This document shows, piece by piece, positions 50,127 to 61,100 of a stretch of DNA of 64,000 nt. The translations under genes and the position numbers were made by a program. Numbering within the stretch: the stretch's first letter is position 1; every line of letters begins with the position of its first letter. The DNA is from an uncultured Clostridia bacterium (lineage in GTDB: Bacteria; Bacillota; Clostridia; Lachnospirales; CAMZNU01), in the NCBI GenBank assembly GCA_947313885.1, contig CAMZNU010000020.1, positions 437 to 64,436 of the forward strand, given 5' to 3'. The notes beneath the pieces were generated by a model that was not told the origin of the DNA, searched no databases, and saw only the letters and a list, made by a program, of their open reading frames with translations.

Positions 50127-50182
50127 AAGATAAGCAACAAAAAAGAACTCTCTTTGAGAGTTCTTTTTTGTTGCTTATCTTT
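50127..50182. terminator. Long hairpin terminator between the convergent helicase and glycerate kinase genes
   Basis: The stem of about 25 bp is aaagataagcaacaaaaaagaactct / agagttcttttttgttgcttatcttt; read directly. Confidence 0.8.
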
Positions 50183-50273
50183 ATAGTTCTCCTTGGTTGT
50201 GCCATTTTTGGTTTACTTTATTTTAACTTATCTTTACTATCAATGACAATTTTATGACGTTCTAGTTTTTTTG

Positions 50274-51404
50274 TTACTTTATTTTTAATAATTTTATTAT
50301 TTCTTTTGTCGTTTTAGTTAAGTTATCTTCTCCACTTAATAGCAAATTATCTAGAGTATCTAGTTTTTTAATAATTGGAAACATTATATCTATATTGTGA
50401 TTAAACATCTCCTCGTACCCATCTCCTAAACTACCACTAATACATATTACTTTTTTATTATATTTTTTTGCCACTTTAGCAACGCCAAATGCTGTTTTAC
50501 CATGTATCGTTTGCCCATCTGTTTGCCCTTCTCCTGTAATAACTATATTACTGTTTTTAATTTTATTTTCAAGGTCGGTAATTTTTATAACTATATCAAC
50601 TCCTGGTTTTAATTCACCATTTATAAAAGCTAAACAACCACCGCCTAAACCACCTGCCGCACCTGCACCTTTTATGTTTTCTATATCTTTATTTAAATAC
50701 TCCTTAATTTTTTTTGCTAAATGTTTTAAATTGTTATCTAGTTTTTTTACATCTTCATCTGTTGCACCTTTTTGTCTTCCAAATATTTCTGATGCACCAT
50801 ATTTTCCTGTAAAAGGATTGTCAACATCACAAGCTATTGTTATTTTAATATCTTTTATTCTTTTATCTAACCCATCCATATCAATTGAATCTATTTTATC
50901 CAATTGTCCACCACATGGTTTTATTTGTTCTTTATTTTTATCTAAAAATTTAACTCCTAAAGCATTAGCCATACCAACTCCACCATCGTTAGTTGCACTT
51001 CCACCTATAGCTAAAATAATATTTTTTACTCCTTGATCCATTGCTGATAAAATTAATTGTCCTGTTCCATACGTAGTAGTTAACATTGGATTACGGTCTT
51101 TTATATCTACTAATGTTAAGCCTGATACTTCTGCCATTTCTATAATCGCCGTTTCTCCATCACCTAATATTCCATAACTTCCTTTTACTTCATTAAATAA
51201 TGGTCCTGTAACAGTTTCATATATTCTTCTACCATCTGTTCCATCTACTAATGCTTCTACTGTACCTTCACCACCATCTGCCATAGGTACTTTTATACTT
51301 TCTATATTTTTGTCTATTTCATTAATTCCCTTTTCAACGGCACTGCAGGCTTTTATTGCTGTCATTGATTCCTTAAAAGAATCCATCGCTATACATATTT
51401 TCAT
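50274..51404 (-). CDS. Glycerate kinase
   Basis: 376 aa of the GlxK/GarK family (MKICIAMDSFKES, PMADGGEGT, TGEGQTDGQT). Confidence 0.85.
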   Translation of the reverse strand: MKICIAMDSFKESMTAIKACSAVEKGINEIDKNIESIKVPMADGGEGTVEALVDGTDGRRIYETVTGPLFNEVKGSYGILGDGETAIIEMAEVSGLTLVDIKDRNPMLTTTYGTGQLILSAMDQGVKNIILAIGGSATNDGGVGMANALGVKFLDKNKEQIKPCGGQLDKIDSIDMDGLDKRIKDIKITIACDVDNPFTGKYGASEIFGRQKGATDEDVKKLDNNLKHLAKKIKEYLNKDIENIKGAGAAGGLGGGCLAFINGELKPGVDIVIKITDLENKIKNSNIVITGEGQTDGQTIHGKTAFGVAKVAKKYNKKVICISGSLGDGYEEMFNHNIDIMFPIIKKLDTLDNLLLSGEDNLTKTTKEIIKLLKIK

Positions 51405-51413
51405 TTTTACTCC

Positions 51414-52667
51414 TTATCCTAATATTATTCCATAAAGTACAGACGCTACTACAGCTATACTAAACCCTACTATGCTTTCAAATACTAATAATTTTAATCT
51501 TTCTTGCGTTTTCATATTTACAGAACCACCTGTTGAATGGAAAAAACTACCGTGTGGCATATGATCAAACACTGTAGCCCCTGCATGAATCATTACTGCT
51601 CCTGCTATTGGTGCTACTCCTAATTCTAATAATGTTGGTGCAAATACACTACTCGCAACAGTTGTACCTGCTGTTGTTGATGCTACTGCTAACGACATCA
51701 ATGCCCCACTTACTGGTGCTAATAAAAATGATGGTAATTCTGTTTGCGTTATACTATTAATTATAACGTCTTTTAATTGTGAGTTAGCTATTACTCCTGC
51801 TAACGTCCCTGTACCTATTAACATTATTGCTACTCCACTCATTTTACTTAACCCAAGTGTTGCATATTCATTTATTTTTTTTATATCATTCATAGCTATT
51901 ACACCTACTATACCACCCATCGGTAATGCTATTAATGGATCTATATTGATTCCTAGTATTGGTCTTAGTGACAATAATATAATTGCTGTTATTGGTGCTG
52001 ACATAGCCGCCCAAAATTTTGGCAATTTTTTATTTCTATTTTCAATACTCTCGCTTAATTCTATTTTACTTCCTTTACTAACTAGTTTTTTAGCAACTAT
52101 ATATGTAACTATTAATCCTGCGATAGCTGGTATAATACCACCTACTATTACTGATGTTAATGGAATGTCAAATGCCTCTGATGCTGCTATAGCATTTGGG
52201 TTTGGTGACATTACGTTACCTGCTTTTCCCCCACCTATCATAGCTATTAATATTGACATTCTAGATAAATTTGTTTTTGTTGCTATTGTTATAGCTATTG
52301 GTGCTACCGTTATAACGGCAACATCTATAAATACTCCTACTGACGTTAATACTAATGTAGCTATAGATAACGCTAATAATGAACGGGTTTCACCTATTTT
52401 TTTGACTAAAGTTTCCGCTATTATTTCTGCTCCACCACTACCAATTAATACTCCTGATAATATCCCTGCTGATAATATTCTAATTATTGCTGATGACATA
52501 TTTTTTGTTCCATTTACCATAAGTGTAGTTGCCTCTACTAAAGATGCTCCACCTACTAACGCCCCTATTAATGCCCCTATCATCATTCCGTACACTGGCG
52601 GTACTTTTTTTAATATTAATACTATTGCTATTGCTAATCCTATTACTGCTCCATATGCTGTTATCAT
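51414..52667 (-). CDS. GntP family permease (probable glycerate or sugar-acid transporter)
   Basis: It is a 417-aa polytopic membrane protein, placed between the glycerate kinase and a CdaR-type regulator. Confidence 0.75.
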   Translation of the reverse strand: MITAYGAVIGLAIAIVLILKKVPPVYGMMIGALIGALVGGASLVEATTLMVNGTKNMSSAIIRILSAGILSGVLIGSGGAEIIAETLVKKIGETRSLLALSIATLVLTSVGVFIDVAVITVAPIAITIATKTNLSRMSILIAMIGGGKAGNVMSPNPNAIAASEAFDIPLTSVIVGGIIPAIAGLIVTYIVAKKLVSKGSKIELSESIENRNKKLPKFWAAMSAPITAIILLSLRPILGINIDPLIALPMGGIVGVIAMNDIKKINEYATLGLSKMSGVAIMLIGTGTLAGVIANSQLKDVIINSITQTELPSFLLAPVSGALMSLAVASTTAGTTVASSVFAPTLLELGVAPIAGAVMIHAGATVFDHMPHGSFFHSTGGSVNMKTQERLKLLVFESIVGFSIAVVASVLYGIILG

Positions 52668-52751
52668 TTTAACCTCCTAATATAATAATTTTATCTACAC
52701 TATAATATTATATTAATTATTTGTATTAAAATATTGTCAAAATGTATATTT

Positions 52752-53858
52752 TTACATCTCTTTATTAGGCATTTGCATATTTTTTGAATGCAATTGTCTT
52801 GCCATCATTAATATAGATAAACTTTTAATATTTTTAGGATGGTATTTAGTTATTTCATATATTTTATTTAATCTATAATCTAATGTGTTTCTATGTATAT
52901 CTAACTGTTGTGCTGTAACTGATGATTTACAATCATTATGATAAAATTTTATTAATGTATTTTCAAGCTCATTACTTTTATCTCTATTTAAAAAACCATT
53001 CCATGTTTCTATTACTTTCTTCTTTAATTTAGAATCTCTTATATCCCATATTAACATTTCATAAATATAGTCACTTGCTAACATCACGGCATTCGTATCT
53101 TTTATTTCTCTTAACTTACATATTGATTTATAGGAATTGTAAACACTATTTTCCCCTTCATATATATTCCCTATATAAATTCTATATTTGTATAAACTTT
53201 GTATTTTTTTTATAGTTTCCAAAATTTTATTTTCAATTTTATCTATTTTATTATCTGATAAAATAAATACTACTTCTGATCCATTTAATCTTATACATGT
53301 ATTTATTTCACTCATGTTTTTTAACTTATCTATTTCTCTATCGTTTATCAACTCACCATCTCGTATTTCCATAACACCTACTGCACTAAATCTTTTTTCC
53401 AATATTTTTAATGTATAGTTAGGCGGAATATTAACATTCTTATTTAACAATAAATTAATTATTAACTTCTCTTTAAACTCTTTTTGTAGTGATACCTCTT
53501 CTAAAATACGCCTGTCCTCTATATATATTTCTGCCATAATTTTTATTAATTTTATATGTTTCTCTACTAACTTATTATTTCCTGTTATCCCTATTACTCC
53601 TACTATTTCGTCGCGGTTTTTTATTACTACGTTTATACCCTCTTCTGTGTTATTTAAAAATTTTATTGACTTCTCGTCTGCAATAAATTCACTTCCCCTA
53701 GTAATCGCTATTAATGCTCCTTCATGTAATGTACCTATTCTTTTTTTATTCCCTGATGCTATAATTACACCTGTAGAATCCATTATGTTTATATTGTGGT
53801 CTATACCTTTCATTACGTTCTCAACTATGCTTTTTGCAACCCTTTTATCTAATTCCAA
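52752..53858 (-). CDS. CdaR/PucR family sugar-diacid regulator
   Basis: It has an N-terminal diacid-recognition-like domain and a C-terminal PucR-type HTH (TAQQLDIHRNTLDYRLNKI). Confidence 0.8.
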   Translation of the reverse strand: MELDKRVAKSIVENVMKGIDHNINIMDSTGVIIASGNKKRIGTLHEGALIAITRGSEFIADEKSIKFLNNTEEGINVVIKNRDEIVGVIGITGNNKLVEKHIKLIKIMAEIYIEDRRILEEVSLQKEFKEKLIINLLLNKNVNIPPNYTLKILEKRFSAVGVMEIRDGELINDREIDKLKNMSEINTCIRLNGSEVVFILSDNKIDKIENKILETIKKIQSLYKYRIYIGNIYEGENSVYNSYKSICKLREIKDTNAVMLASDYIYEMLIWDIRDSKLKKKVIETWNGFLNRDKSNELENTLIKFYHNDCKSSVTAQQLDIHRNTLDYRLNKIYEITKYHPKNIKSLSILMMARQLHSKNMQMPNKEM

Positions 53859-54016
53859 AATTTTCGCCCCTTTATAGTCTTTATTTTTCTTTATTGTATC
53901 ATTTATACGTTTATTTTTAAATATTTGTGTATTGGTAAAAACTTAAGGTGAAATTTTAATTGATGTAATATTTTTTTAATGTAAAACTGTTTTTATAAAA
54001 TATCTACTTTTTTATA

Positions 54017-54053
54017 CAAAAATAACGTAACAGTATGCGTTACGTTATTTCAT
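54017..54053 (-). terminator. Intrinsic terminator with an 11-bp stem
   Basis: The stem aataacgtaac / gttacgttatt was read directly. Confidence 0.65.
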
Positions 54054-54122
54054 TTAACTTATTTAATTTACTTACTTTATTTTAGTTTAGTTTTAGCTTA
54101 ATAATAACTTTTAATAACTTAA

Positions 54123-54857
54123 TTATTTATGCAAAGAGAACCATATACCGCCTGTTCCGTCATAATTACCGCCATATTGCATTTTAGGATTTTTATCATT
54201 TTTATCAACTAAGTATGCTATATATCCTTCTGTTTCTCCATCTTCGTATAATTCTGAACTAAGTTTATCACTCAATACTGGTGATTTAAAATCTATTTTT
54301 ACATTATCTGTTGTAAAAGCTTTGAAATCATAGCTATTTACAGAAACTTTTTTATCATCTTTAACATTATTTACTTTTATCTTTACTTTTACAAGCAAAT
54401 ATTCCTCATTGTCTTCTGGTTCATTATTAAATATATTTGCATCGGCTACTATTTTATTTGCCTTATCTCCCCTAATAATATCTAACGTTGTTACATGTGC
54501 ATCATATTTCTCACGTATACTTTCTACGGTCACTGACTGCTTTACCCCAATTGGGGCTGGGTTTCTTCTACTATAAGATTTCGTAACTTCTTCTTTAACC
54601 TCTCTCTTTTCTTCTATACTAGCTGTTCTTGTATTTTCGTCCCAACCAACTTCTTTTCCTAACATTTCTGAAATACTTCTTAATGGTACATATGTTGTAC
54701 CATCGTATAATATGTTGTCTGCTGTTACAAGTTCACCTTCTACTTTAATTGTTATAGAATTTTTAACGACATTTATCGTTTCCTGAATTCCACTTGCAAA
54801 TATTGTTGCCGATGAGAGGGTGGCTATTATTACTGTTAATCCTAAAATTTTTTTCAT
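54123..54857 (-). CDS. Secreted protein with a copper-amine-oxidase N-terminal-like (stalk) domain and a DUF4352-like C-terminal domain. The start is reassigned to Met9.
   Basis: An SD sequence AAAGGAGA precedes the ATG at 54857, and a signal peptide is present. DGTTYVPLRSISEMLGKEVGWD is typical of the Clostridial CuAO-N domain. Confidence 0.7.
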   Translation of the reverse strand: MKKILGLTVIIATLSSATIFASGIQETINVVKNSITIKVEGELVTADNILYDGTTYVPLRSISEMLGKEVGWDENTRTASIEEKREVKEEVTKSYSRRNPAPIGVKQSVTVESIREKYDAHVTTLDIIRGDKANKIVADANIFNNEPEDNEEYLLVKVKIKVNNVKDDKKVSVNSYDFKAFTTDNVKIDFKSPVLSDKLSSELYEDGETEGYIAYLVDKNDKNPKMQYGGNYDGTGGIWFSLHK

Positions 54858-54964
54858 TATTAATTCTCCTTTGTTATTCAACTTATAAATAAGTTAAGTA
54901 ATATTTTACAATTTAATACTATTATATATATATACTAGTGTCAACACTTCTTGAAAACCTTTGT

Positions 54965-54998
54965 AAAAAAGCCCAAACTTTAAAAGTTTGGGCTTTTT
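54965..54998 (-). terminator. Intrinsic terminator after glpF
   Basis: The stem aaaaagcccaaact / agtttgggcttttt was read directly. Confidence 0.8.
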
Positions 54999-55139
54999 AT
55001 CTTATTTCAGTATGAATAGATTATAATTTCTCTGCATCAATATAAATTTACATTACACTTTGGATAGATTTAAATATAATTTATTATTACATTTCTGTTC
55101 TAATTTTTCAACTGTTATTTTTTTCCTACTCTTAATTTA

Positions 55140-55850
55140 CTACATACTAAATAAATATGTTGCTAACAAACTTCCTGTAGCTCCTCCTAATATTGGTCCT
55201 AATACAGGTATCCACGAATAGCTCCAATCTGAATCTCTTTTATTTTTAATTGGTAATATGTAATGAGCAAATCTTGGTCCTAAATCTCTAGCTGGATTTA
55301 TTGCATATCCTGTTGTTCCACCTAATGATATACCTATTGCTAATATTAATGCTCCTACTGCTATAGTATCTATTCCGTTTGTAAGTCCTGCTTTTCCTAT
55401 GCCGATTATTATAAATAATAACATAAATGTCCCTATAAACTCTGATATGAAATTAAATTTATAATCTCTTATTGTTGGTGCTGTACAAAATACTCCTAAC
55501 TTAGCATTTTTATCTTCCGTCTCATCAAAGTGATTTTTATATTGTAAATATACTAAACACGCCCCTAAAAACGCCCCTAAAAATTCACTTGCTATATATC
55601 CTGGTACTAGTGACCAACTAAATTCTCCTGCTATTGCTAATGCTATCGTTAGTGCTGGGTTCATATGCGCCCCACTTATAGCACCAAATATAACCGCTGG
55701 TAAGTATACACCTAACGCCCAACCAAATGTTATAAATAATATTCCTCCATTATTACCGCCTGTTTTCTTTAAAACTACATTAGCTACTACTCCATCACCT
55801 AACAATATTAAAAACATCGTTGCAAATATTTCAGCTACATAAACTGACAT
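55140..55850 (-). CDS. glpF: Glycerol uptake facilitator (MIP/aquaporin family). The start is probably Met8 of the track ORF, which runs to 55871.
   Basis: It has two NPA boxes (HMNPALT, INPARD). A G-rich SD-like sequence lies before Met8. Confidence 0.9.
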   Translation of the reverse strand: MSVYVAEIFATMFLILLGDGVVANVVLKKTGGNNGGILFITFGWALGVYLPAVIFGAISGAHMNPALTIALAIAGEFSWSLVPGYIASEFLGAFLGACLVYLQYKNHFDETEDKNAKLGVFCTAPTIRDYKFNFISEFIGTFMLLFIIIGIGKAGLTNGIDTIAVGALILAIGISLGGTTGYAINPARDLGPRFAHYILPIKNKRDSDWSYSWIPVLGPILGGATGSLLATYLFSM

Positions 55851-55892
55851 ATTATTTCCCCCCGCTTCCATAATATAAAAAAATATAAAAAA

Positions 55893-57380
55893 TTATTTAG
55901 TAACTGTTTTACTTACTGCTTTTTTCCAACCTTCACAATATTTATCAACTGTTTCTTTATTTAAATTCGGCATAAATGTTTTATCAATAGTAGTCGTTTT
56001 TATTATTTCGTTTTTATCTTTCCAAAATCCTACTGCTATACCTGCTAAGTACGCTGCTCCTAATGCTGTCGTCTCTGTATTTTTTGGTCTTGTTACTTCC
56101 TTATCTAATATATCTGATTGGAATTGCATTAACATATTATTATTACTAGCTCCACCATCAACTTTTAATCTCGATATACTATATCCTACATCTTCTTGCA
56201 TTGCATCAATTAATTCTTTTGATTGATATGCTATAGATTCTAAGCTAGCTCTTATTATGTGGTTTCTATTACTATCTCTTGTTAGTCCCGTTATCGTACC
56301 TCTTGCATACATGTCCCAGTGTGGTGCTCCTAATCCCGTAAAGGCTGGTACTACATATACACCACCGTTATCTTTAACTTTTTTTGCAAAATATTCTGAA
56401 TCACTTGCTTCTCTTATTAACCCTAATTGATCTCGTACCCACTGAATTACTGCACCACCTACAAAAACTGATCCTTCTAGTGCATATTCAACTTTACCAT
56501 CTATACCTACTGCTATAGTTGTAAGTAATCCATTTTTACTTAAAAACATTTCATCACCTGTATTCATAAGTAAAAAACATCCTGTTCCATAAGTATTTTT
56601 AACGTCACCTTTTTCAAAACACCCTTGCCCAAATAATGCTGATTGCTGATCTCCTATGGCACTTGCTATAGGTATTTTTACCGATGACATTCCACCTAAG
56701 TCTGCATACCCATATTTTTCTGAACTGTTTTTTACTGTTGGTAACATGCTTTTTGGAATATCTAAATATTCTAAAATTTTATCATCCCATTTTAAGTTTT
56801 TTATATCATACAGCATTGTTCTTGATGCATTCGTATAATCTGTTATATGTACATTACCTTGTGTTAATTTCCAAATTAACCAACTATCTACCGTTCCAAA
56901 TAATAACTCACCTTTTTTAGCCCTATCTCTAGCACCTTCTACATTATCTAATATCCATTTAACTTTTGTTCCCGAAAAATATGCATCTACTACTAATCCT
57001 GTTGTACTTTTTATATGTTCCTCTAAACCATCTTCTTTTATTTGATCGCAAATATTTGCCGTACGTCTACATTGCCACACTATAGCATTGTATACTGGTA
57101 TTCCTGTTTTTTTATCCCATACTATTGTTGTTTCTCTTTGGTTTGTTATACCTATACTTGCTATTTCATCACCTTTTACATTACATTTTGCTAACACTTC
57201 TTGTAATACACTATACTGTGATGACCATATTTCCATAGGGTCATGTTCTACCCACCCATCTTTTGGAAATATTTGTGTGAACTCTTTTTGTGCTATACCT
57301 ACTACTTCTTGATCTTTATTAAATAACATAGCTCTTGAACTTGTTGTACCTTGGTCTAACGCTAAAATATACTTCTTCAT
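55893..57380 (-). CDS. glpK: Glycerol kinase, with the start at Met8 of the track ORF.
   Basis: It begins [16 protein letters not shown]. An SD sequence GGAGGGG lies 6 nt upstream, and FGGY kinase blocks are present. Confidence 0.95.
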   Translation of the reverse strand: MKKYILALDQGTTSSRAMLFNKDQEVVGIAQKEFTQIFPKDGWVEHDPMEIWSSQYSVLQEVLAKCNVKGDEIASIGITNQRETTIVWDKKTGIPVYNAIVWQCRRTANICDQIKEDGLEEHIKSTTGLVVDAYFSGTKVKWILDNVEGARDRAKKGELLFGTVDSWLIWKLTQGNVHITDYTNASRTMLYDIKNLKWDDKILEYLDIPKSMLPTVKNSSEKYGYADLGGMSSVKIPIASAIGDQQSALFGQGCFEKGDVKNTYGTGCFLLMNTGDEMFLSKNGLLTTIAVGIDGKVEYALEGSVFVGGAVIQWVRDQLGLIREASDSEYFAKKVKDNGGVYVVPAFTGLGAPHWDMYARGTITGLTRDSNRNHIIRASLESIAYQSKELIDAMQEDVGYSISRLKVDGGASNNNMLMQFQSDILDKEVTRPKNTETTALGAAYLAGIAVGFWKDKNEIIKTTTIDKTFMPNLNKETVDKYCEGWKKAVSKTVTK

Positions 57381-57420
57381 AGTATTCCCCTCCATATACA
57401 CAATAATTATCTATTTTATA

Positions 57421-57972
57421 TTAGTTCATTAGTTCACTATTTGATGTAGATATAAAACTTGCACCACTTTCAAAAGTTTTTTTTACTTCCTCTTTAGTGC
57501 TTATTAATCCCCCTGCTATTATCGGTTTTCCTATTATTTCTTTTATTTCTTTTATCGTTTTATAAATAGTTCCTGGTAAAATCTCCACTGCGTCAAACGT
57601 ACCCTTCTTTTTACACAACGTTATTATACTTTCTTTTGACATACTATCTATAACAAAGGTTCTTAACACTGTATATAGTCCCATTGTCTGCCCTTTTGCT
57701 AATAATTTTTTACGTGTACTTATAATTCCTTTAAACTCCGTCTTCTCTTCTATAAACTCTACACTTGCATCTTCTTTTGATAATCCTTCTATCAAATCTA
57801 TATGTACTATCCCTATTTTACCGCTACCTTTTATTTTTTTACTAATTTCCTCTACAGTTAATACACTTCCATATAATACAAATATTATTTCTACCTTACT
57901 TTTTAATACGTCTTCTAATTCTTTATCATTTTTCACCGCTAATATTACTTTCTCTTCTATATTAGTTAACAT
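57421..57972 (-). CDS. glpP: Glycerol-3-phosphate responsive antiterminator GlpP, with the start at Met28 of the track ORF.
   Basis: Its size is right for GlpP (about 183 aa). An SD sequence AGAGGGAGA precedes the ATG at 57972. It sits inside the glp operon. Confidence 0.75.
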   Translation of the reverse strand: MLTNIEEKVILAVKNDKELEDVLKSKVEIIFVLYGSVLTVEEISKKIKGSGKIGIVHIDLIEGLSKEDASVEFIEEKTEFKGIISTRKKLLAKGQTMGLYTVLRTFVIDSMSKESIITLCKKKGTFDAVEILPGTIYKTIKEIKEIIGKPIIAGGLISTKEEVKKTFESGASFISTSNSELMN

Positions 57973-57983
57973 CGTATCTCCCT

Positions 57984-58325
57984 CTACATATCTCTTGTAA
58001 CTACTACATCTACTCCCGTCCCTAATATATTTTCTATTACTACCGTCCCACATTTTATAGGTGATTTCACTTTGATTTTTTTCATCTCTTCAATAATCTT
58101 AAAGTTTAATCCCTTTTCCACTGCCTCTAATGTCTTAACTGGTATTTTTTTAAATTGTCCACCTTTTATATCTATAGTAGATGTTATTACCCTTATAGGA
58201 GTTACAACTTCTGCTAATCCATATATTTCACCTCTTTTACAGCTATTACCTTCTACTTTTTTTTCCTCTATCTCTACTTTCATATGACACCCTTTAGGGC
58301 ATACTGTACATATCACTTTTTCCAT
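57984..58325 (-). CDS. DUF1667 domain protein
   Basis: The Cys motif CTVCPKGC...NSCKRG is typical of the small subunit that accompanies Clostridial GlpA-like oxidoreductases. Confidence 0.7.
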   Translation of the reverse strand: MEKVICTVCPKGCHMKVEIEEKKVEGNSCKRGEIYGLAEVVTPIRVITSTIDIKGGQFKKIPVKTLEAVEKGLNFKIIEEMKKIKVKSPIKCGTVVIENILGTGVDVVVTRDM

Positions 58326-58326
58326 C

Positions 58327-59598
58327 TTATACCTCCATATCTGTTACTTTTATTTCTATTTCTTCATTGCATTGCTCTAGCATATCTTTTGTTAATATTA
58401 TTTTTTCCATTTCTGCTGGTAACATATGATCTCTATTATATTCTTTTATTTTTTTACCATTACTCTCTATTACTATTTTTACATTTTCATATATTTTATT
58501 TACTCTAAACATTACCCCTACTATTTTCTCTACTTTATCTACATTTATTTTCTGTGGCACTGTATACGTTAGCCCAACACCATTTTTTAATATAATTTCT
58601 TTTTTGCCTACTTCTTTTTTATCTACACCTAAATATTTTGCTACACTTCTGCCCGCCTCTTTTGCCTCCGTACTAACAAAATCTACTAAATCATGAACGT
58701 GTAACGCATTTCCACATGAAAATATCCCTTCTACACTAGTCTCCATACTTTCATTAACTACTACCCCTTTTGTTCTATTATCAAAATCTATATCCATATC
58801 ATTTATTAAATCGTTTTCTGGTATTAATCCTACTGATAATAACAACGTATCTACATCAAATTCTTTTTCCGTACCTTCTATAGGCTTTTTATTTTCATCT
58901 ACTTTACTTATTATTACTTTTTCTAATCTATTATCACCTATTATATTAGTAACTGTATGGCTTAAATAAAGTGGTATGTCGTAATCATCTAAACATTGTA
59001 CTATATTTCTCGTTAAACCATTTGAATGTTCCATAAGCTCAACTACTCCTAGCACTTCTGTACCTTCTAAGCTTAATCTCCTCGCCATAATTAACCCAAT
59101 ATCACCAGAACCCAATATTAACGCCTTATTACCAACTTTCTCACCTAACATATTTACATATTTTTGTGCCGTTCCTGCTGTTAATACTCCTGCTGGTCTG
59201 CTTCCTGGTATACTTATCGCTCCTCTTGTTCGTTCTCTACAACCCATAGCTAAAATTATACTTCTACCTTTTATTACTTTATATCCATCTTCACTATTTA
59301 ATATGTGTACGTTTTTTTCATCATCTATTTTCATTACCATCGTATTTAGTTTTATTTCTATATCTGTCTCTTTTATCATATCTATATACTTTTGTGCATA
59401 TTCTGGTCCTGTTAATTCTTCTTTAAACGTATGTAATCCAAAGCCGTTATGTATACATTGGTTTAATATACCTCCAACTTCTACATCTCTTTCTATTATT
59501 AAAACTTTATTTACACCTTCTTCAAAGGCACTTAATCCACTTGCTAAACCCGCTGGTCCTCCACCTATTACTATTAAATCATATGTCATTTTTTTCAC
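58327..59598 (-). CDS. NAD(P)/FAD-dependent oxidoreductase (pyridine nucleotide-disulfide type)
   Basis: It has GGGPAG and GSGDIG dinucleotide-binding motifs. Confidence 0.75.
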   Translation of the reverse strand: MKKMTYDLIVIGGGPAGLASGLSAFEEGVNKVLIIERDVEVGGILNQCIHNGFGLHTFKEELTGPEYAQKYIDMIKETDIEIKLNTMVMKIDDEKNVHILNSEDGYKVIKGRSIILAMGCRERTRGAISIPGSRPAGVLTAGTAQKYVNMLGEKVGNKALILGSGDIGLIMARRLSLEGTEVLGVVELMEHSNGLTRNIVQCLDDYDIPLYLSHTVTNIIGDNRLEKVIISKVDENKKPIEGTEKEFDVDTLLLSVGLIPENDLINDMDIDFDNRTKGVVVNESMETSVEGIFSCGNALHVHDLVDFVSTEAKEAGRSVAKYLGVDKKEVGKKEIILKNGVGLTYTVPQKINVDKVEKIVGVMFRVNKIYENVKIVIESNGKKIKEYNRDHMLPAEMEKIILTKDMLEQCNEEIEIKVTDMEV

Positions 59599-59604
59599 CT
59601 CTCT

Positions 59605-61014
59605 CTACACTAATATATTTGAGCCATTATTATCTAATACCACTTCTTTTGAACTTAATCCTTTTTCATTTTTTAACAACTCTAATACTCTCGTTTGACA
59701 AAAACCACCTTGACATCTACCCGCTCCTGCACGGCATCGTCTTTTAACTCCTTCTATTGTAACTGCTCCTAACGGGCGTCTTATACTTTCTAATATTTCA
59801 CCTTCTGTTATACCTTCACATCTGCAAACAATTTGACCATATGATTTATCTTTTTCTATTAACTCGTTTTTTTCTTCTATACTTAGTTCATGAAAATATG
59901 TTTGCTCTCTTTTGTTTATAAAATCTTTTTTAATTTTACATCCCATTTTTTCTACTACCCATTCTCTTACCATATTACTTATTGCTGGTGATGCTGTTAA
60001 TCCTGGTGATGCTATTCCTACCACGTTATAAAAACTTTCTATTTTTTTATTTTCACCTATTATAAATTCATTCGTTCCAACTTTCGCTCTAACCCCTGCA
60101 AAATTTCTTATATTATTTCTAAAATCTAATTTATCTACTGTTTCTAATGCTTTTTTTGATATGTCTTCTAATCCATCTTTACTTACTGTCCTATCTTCAC
60201 CATTTTCTACAAAATTATTATTAGGTCCAACTATTATATTTCCATGTACCGTAGGTGTTATTAATACTCCTTTTCCATGTTTAGACGGACATTTAAATAT
60301 TGTACTAGTTACTAAATTTTCCTTATCTAATAAATAGTACTCTCCTTTATATCCTTTTATGTCAAACTCTTCTTCGCATATAAGTTCACTTGTTTTTTGT
60401 CCTTCTATACCACTTGCATTTATTACTATTTTACTTTTTATTTTGTCGCCGTTTTCACTCTCAACTGTAAATACATCGCCATCTTTATTTATTTCTTTTA
60501 CACAAAAATTGTTTTTAAATTGCACCCCGTTAACAATTGCATTTTCACATAGTGCAATTGTTAACTCATATACTCCTACTATTCCTGATGATGGCACAAA
60601 AAGAGCACTAACTATTCCCGCTGTTAAGTTAGGCTCTTTTTTATACACTTCTTCACTATTTATTATTCTCGCACCTTTTACTCCGTTTTTAATACTTCTA
60701 TTTAATAATTCATTTAATGTTTTTTTATCATCATCATTAAAGCCAACTACTAAAGCACCATTTCTCTTAAATGGCACACTTAAATCTTTACATAGTTCTT
60801 CAAACATTTCATTACCCTCTACATTTAATTTTGCAACTAATGTATTACTCTCTGGGTCATGTCCGCCATGAACTATTGCAGAATTTGCTTTTGATGCACC
60901 TTTACATACATCATTTTCTTTATCTACTATCGTTATTTTTAAATCATATTTACTAAGTTCTCTCGCTATATTACTACCTATTATTCCTGATCCTATTACT
61001 ATTACATCTCTCAT
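59605..61014 (-). CDS. FAD-dependent glycerol-3-phosphate dehydrogenase/oxidase-like protein with a BFD-like [2Fe-2S] domain
   Basis: The N-terminus VIGSGIIGS is a FAD fold. A CRCEGITEGE...RRCRAGAGRCQGGFC cluster is present. It is the first gene of the glycerol operon. Confidence 0.75.
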   Translation of the reverse strand: MRDVIVIGSGIIGSNIARELSKYDLKITIVDKENDVCKGASKANSAIVHGGHDPESNTLVAKLNVEGNEMFEELCKDLSVPFKRNGALVVGFNDDDKKTLNELLNRSIKNGVKGARIINSEEVYKKEPNLTAGIVSALFVPSSGIVGVYELTIALCENAIVNGVQFKNNFCVKEINKDGDVFTVESENGDKIKSKIVINASGIEGQKTSELICEEEFDIKGYKGEYYLLDKENLVTSTIFKCPSKHGKGVLITPTVHGNIIVGPNNNFVENGEDRTVSKDGLEDISKKALETVDKLDFRNNIRNFAGVRAKVGTNEFIIGENKKIESFYNVVGIASPGLTASPAISNMVREWVVEKMGCKIKKDFINKREQTYFHELSIEEKNELIEKDKSYGQIVCRCEGITEGEILESIRRPLGAVTIEGVKRRCRAGAGRCQGGFCQTRVLELLKNEKGLSSKEVVLDNNGSNILV

Positions 61015-61030
61015 TTTATCCTCCTTTTAA

Positions 61031-61100
61031 TTTAAGACTAAGTATTTTTGCATATCAAAAAAACAAAACTGATGCAATTTGTTTTCTCTTAGTCTCTTAA
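61031..61100 (-). promoter_or_regulatory. Candidate leader terminator/antiterminator in the 5' UTR of the glycerol operon
   Basis: The outer pairing is agactaag (61035-61042) with cttagtct (61088-61095). It encloses a weak A/U-rich hairpin followed by a U-run on the minus-strand RNA. A GlpP antiterminator gene is in the operon. Confidence 0.35.

Noticed and set aside
55795-55871. An apparent frame inconsistency at the glpF 5' end. My by-eye reading gave one extra T near 55800 and one C too few in the C-run near 55860.
   Set aside because: The supplied ORF track gives an uninterrupted ORF with a sensible MIP N-terminus. I attribute the discrepancy to my manual reading and do not claim a frameshift.
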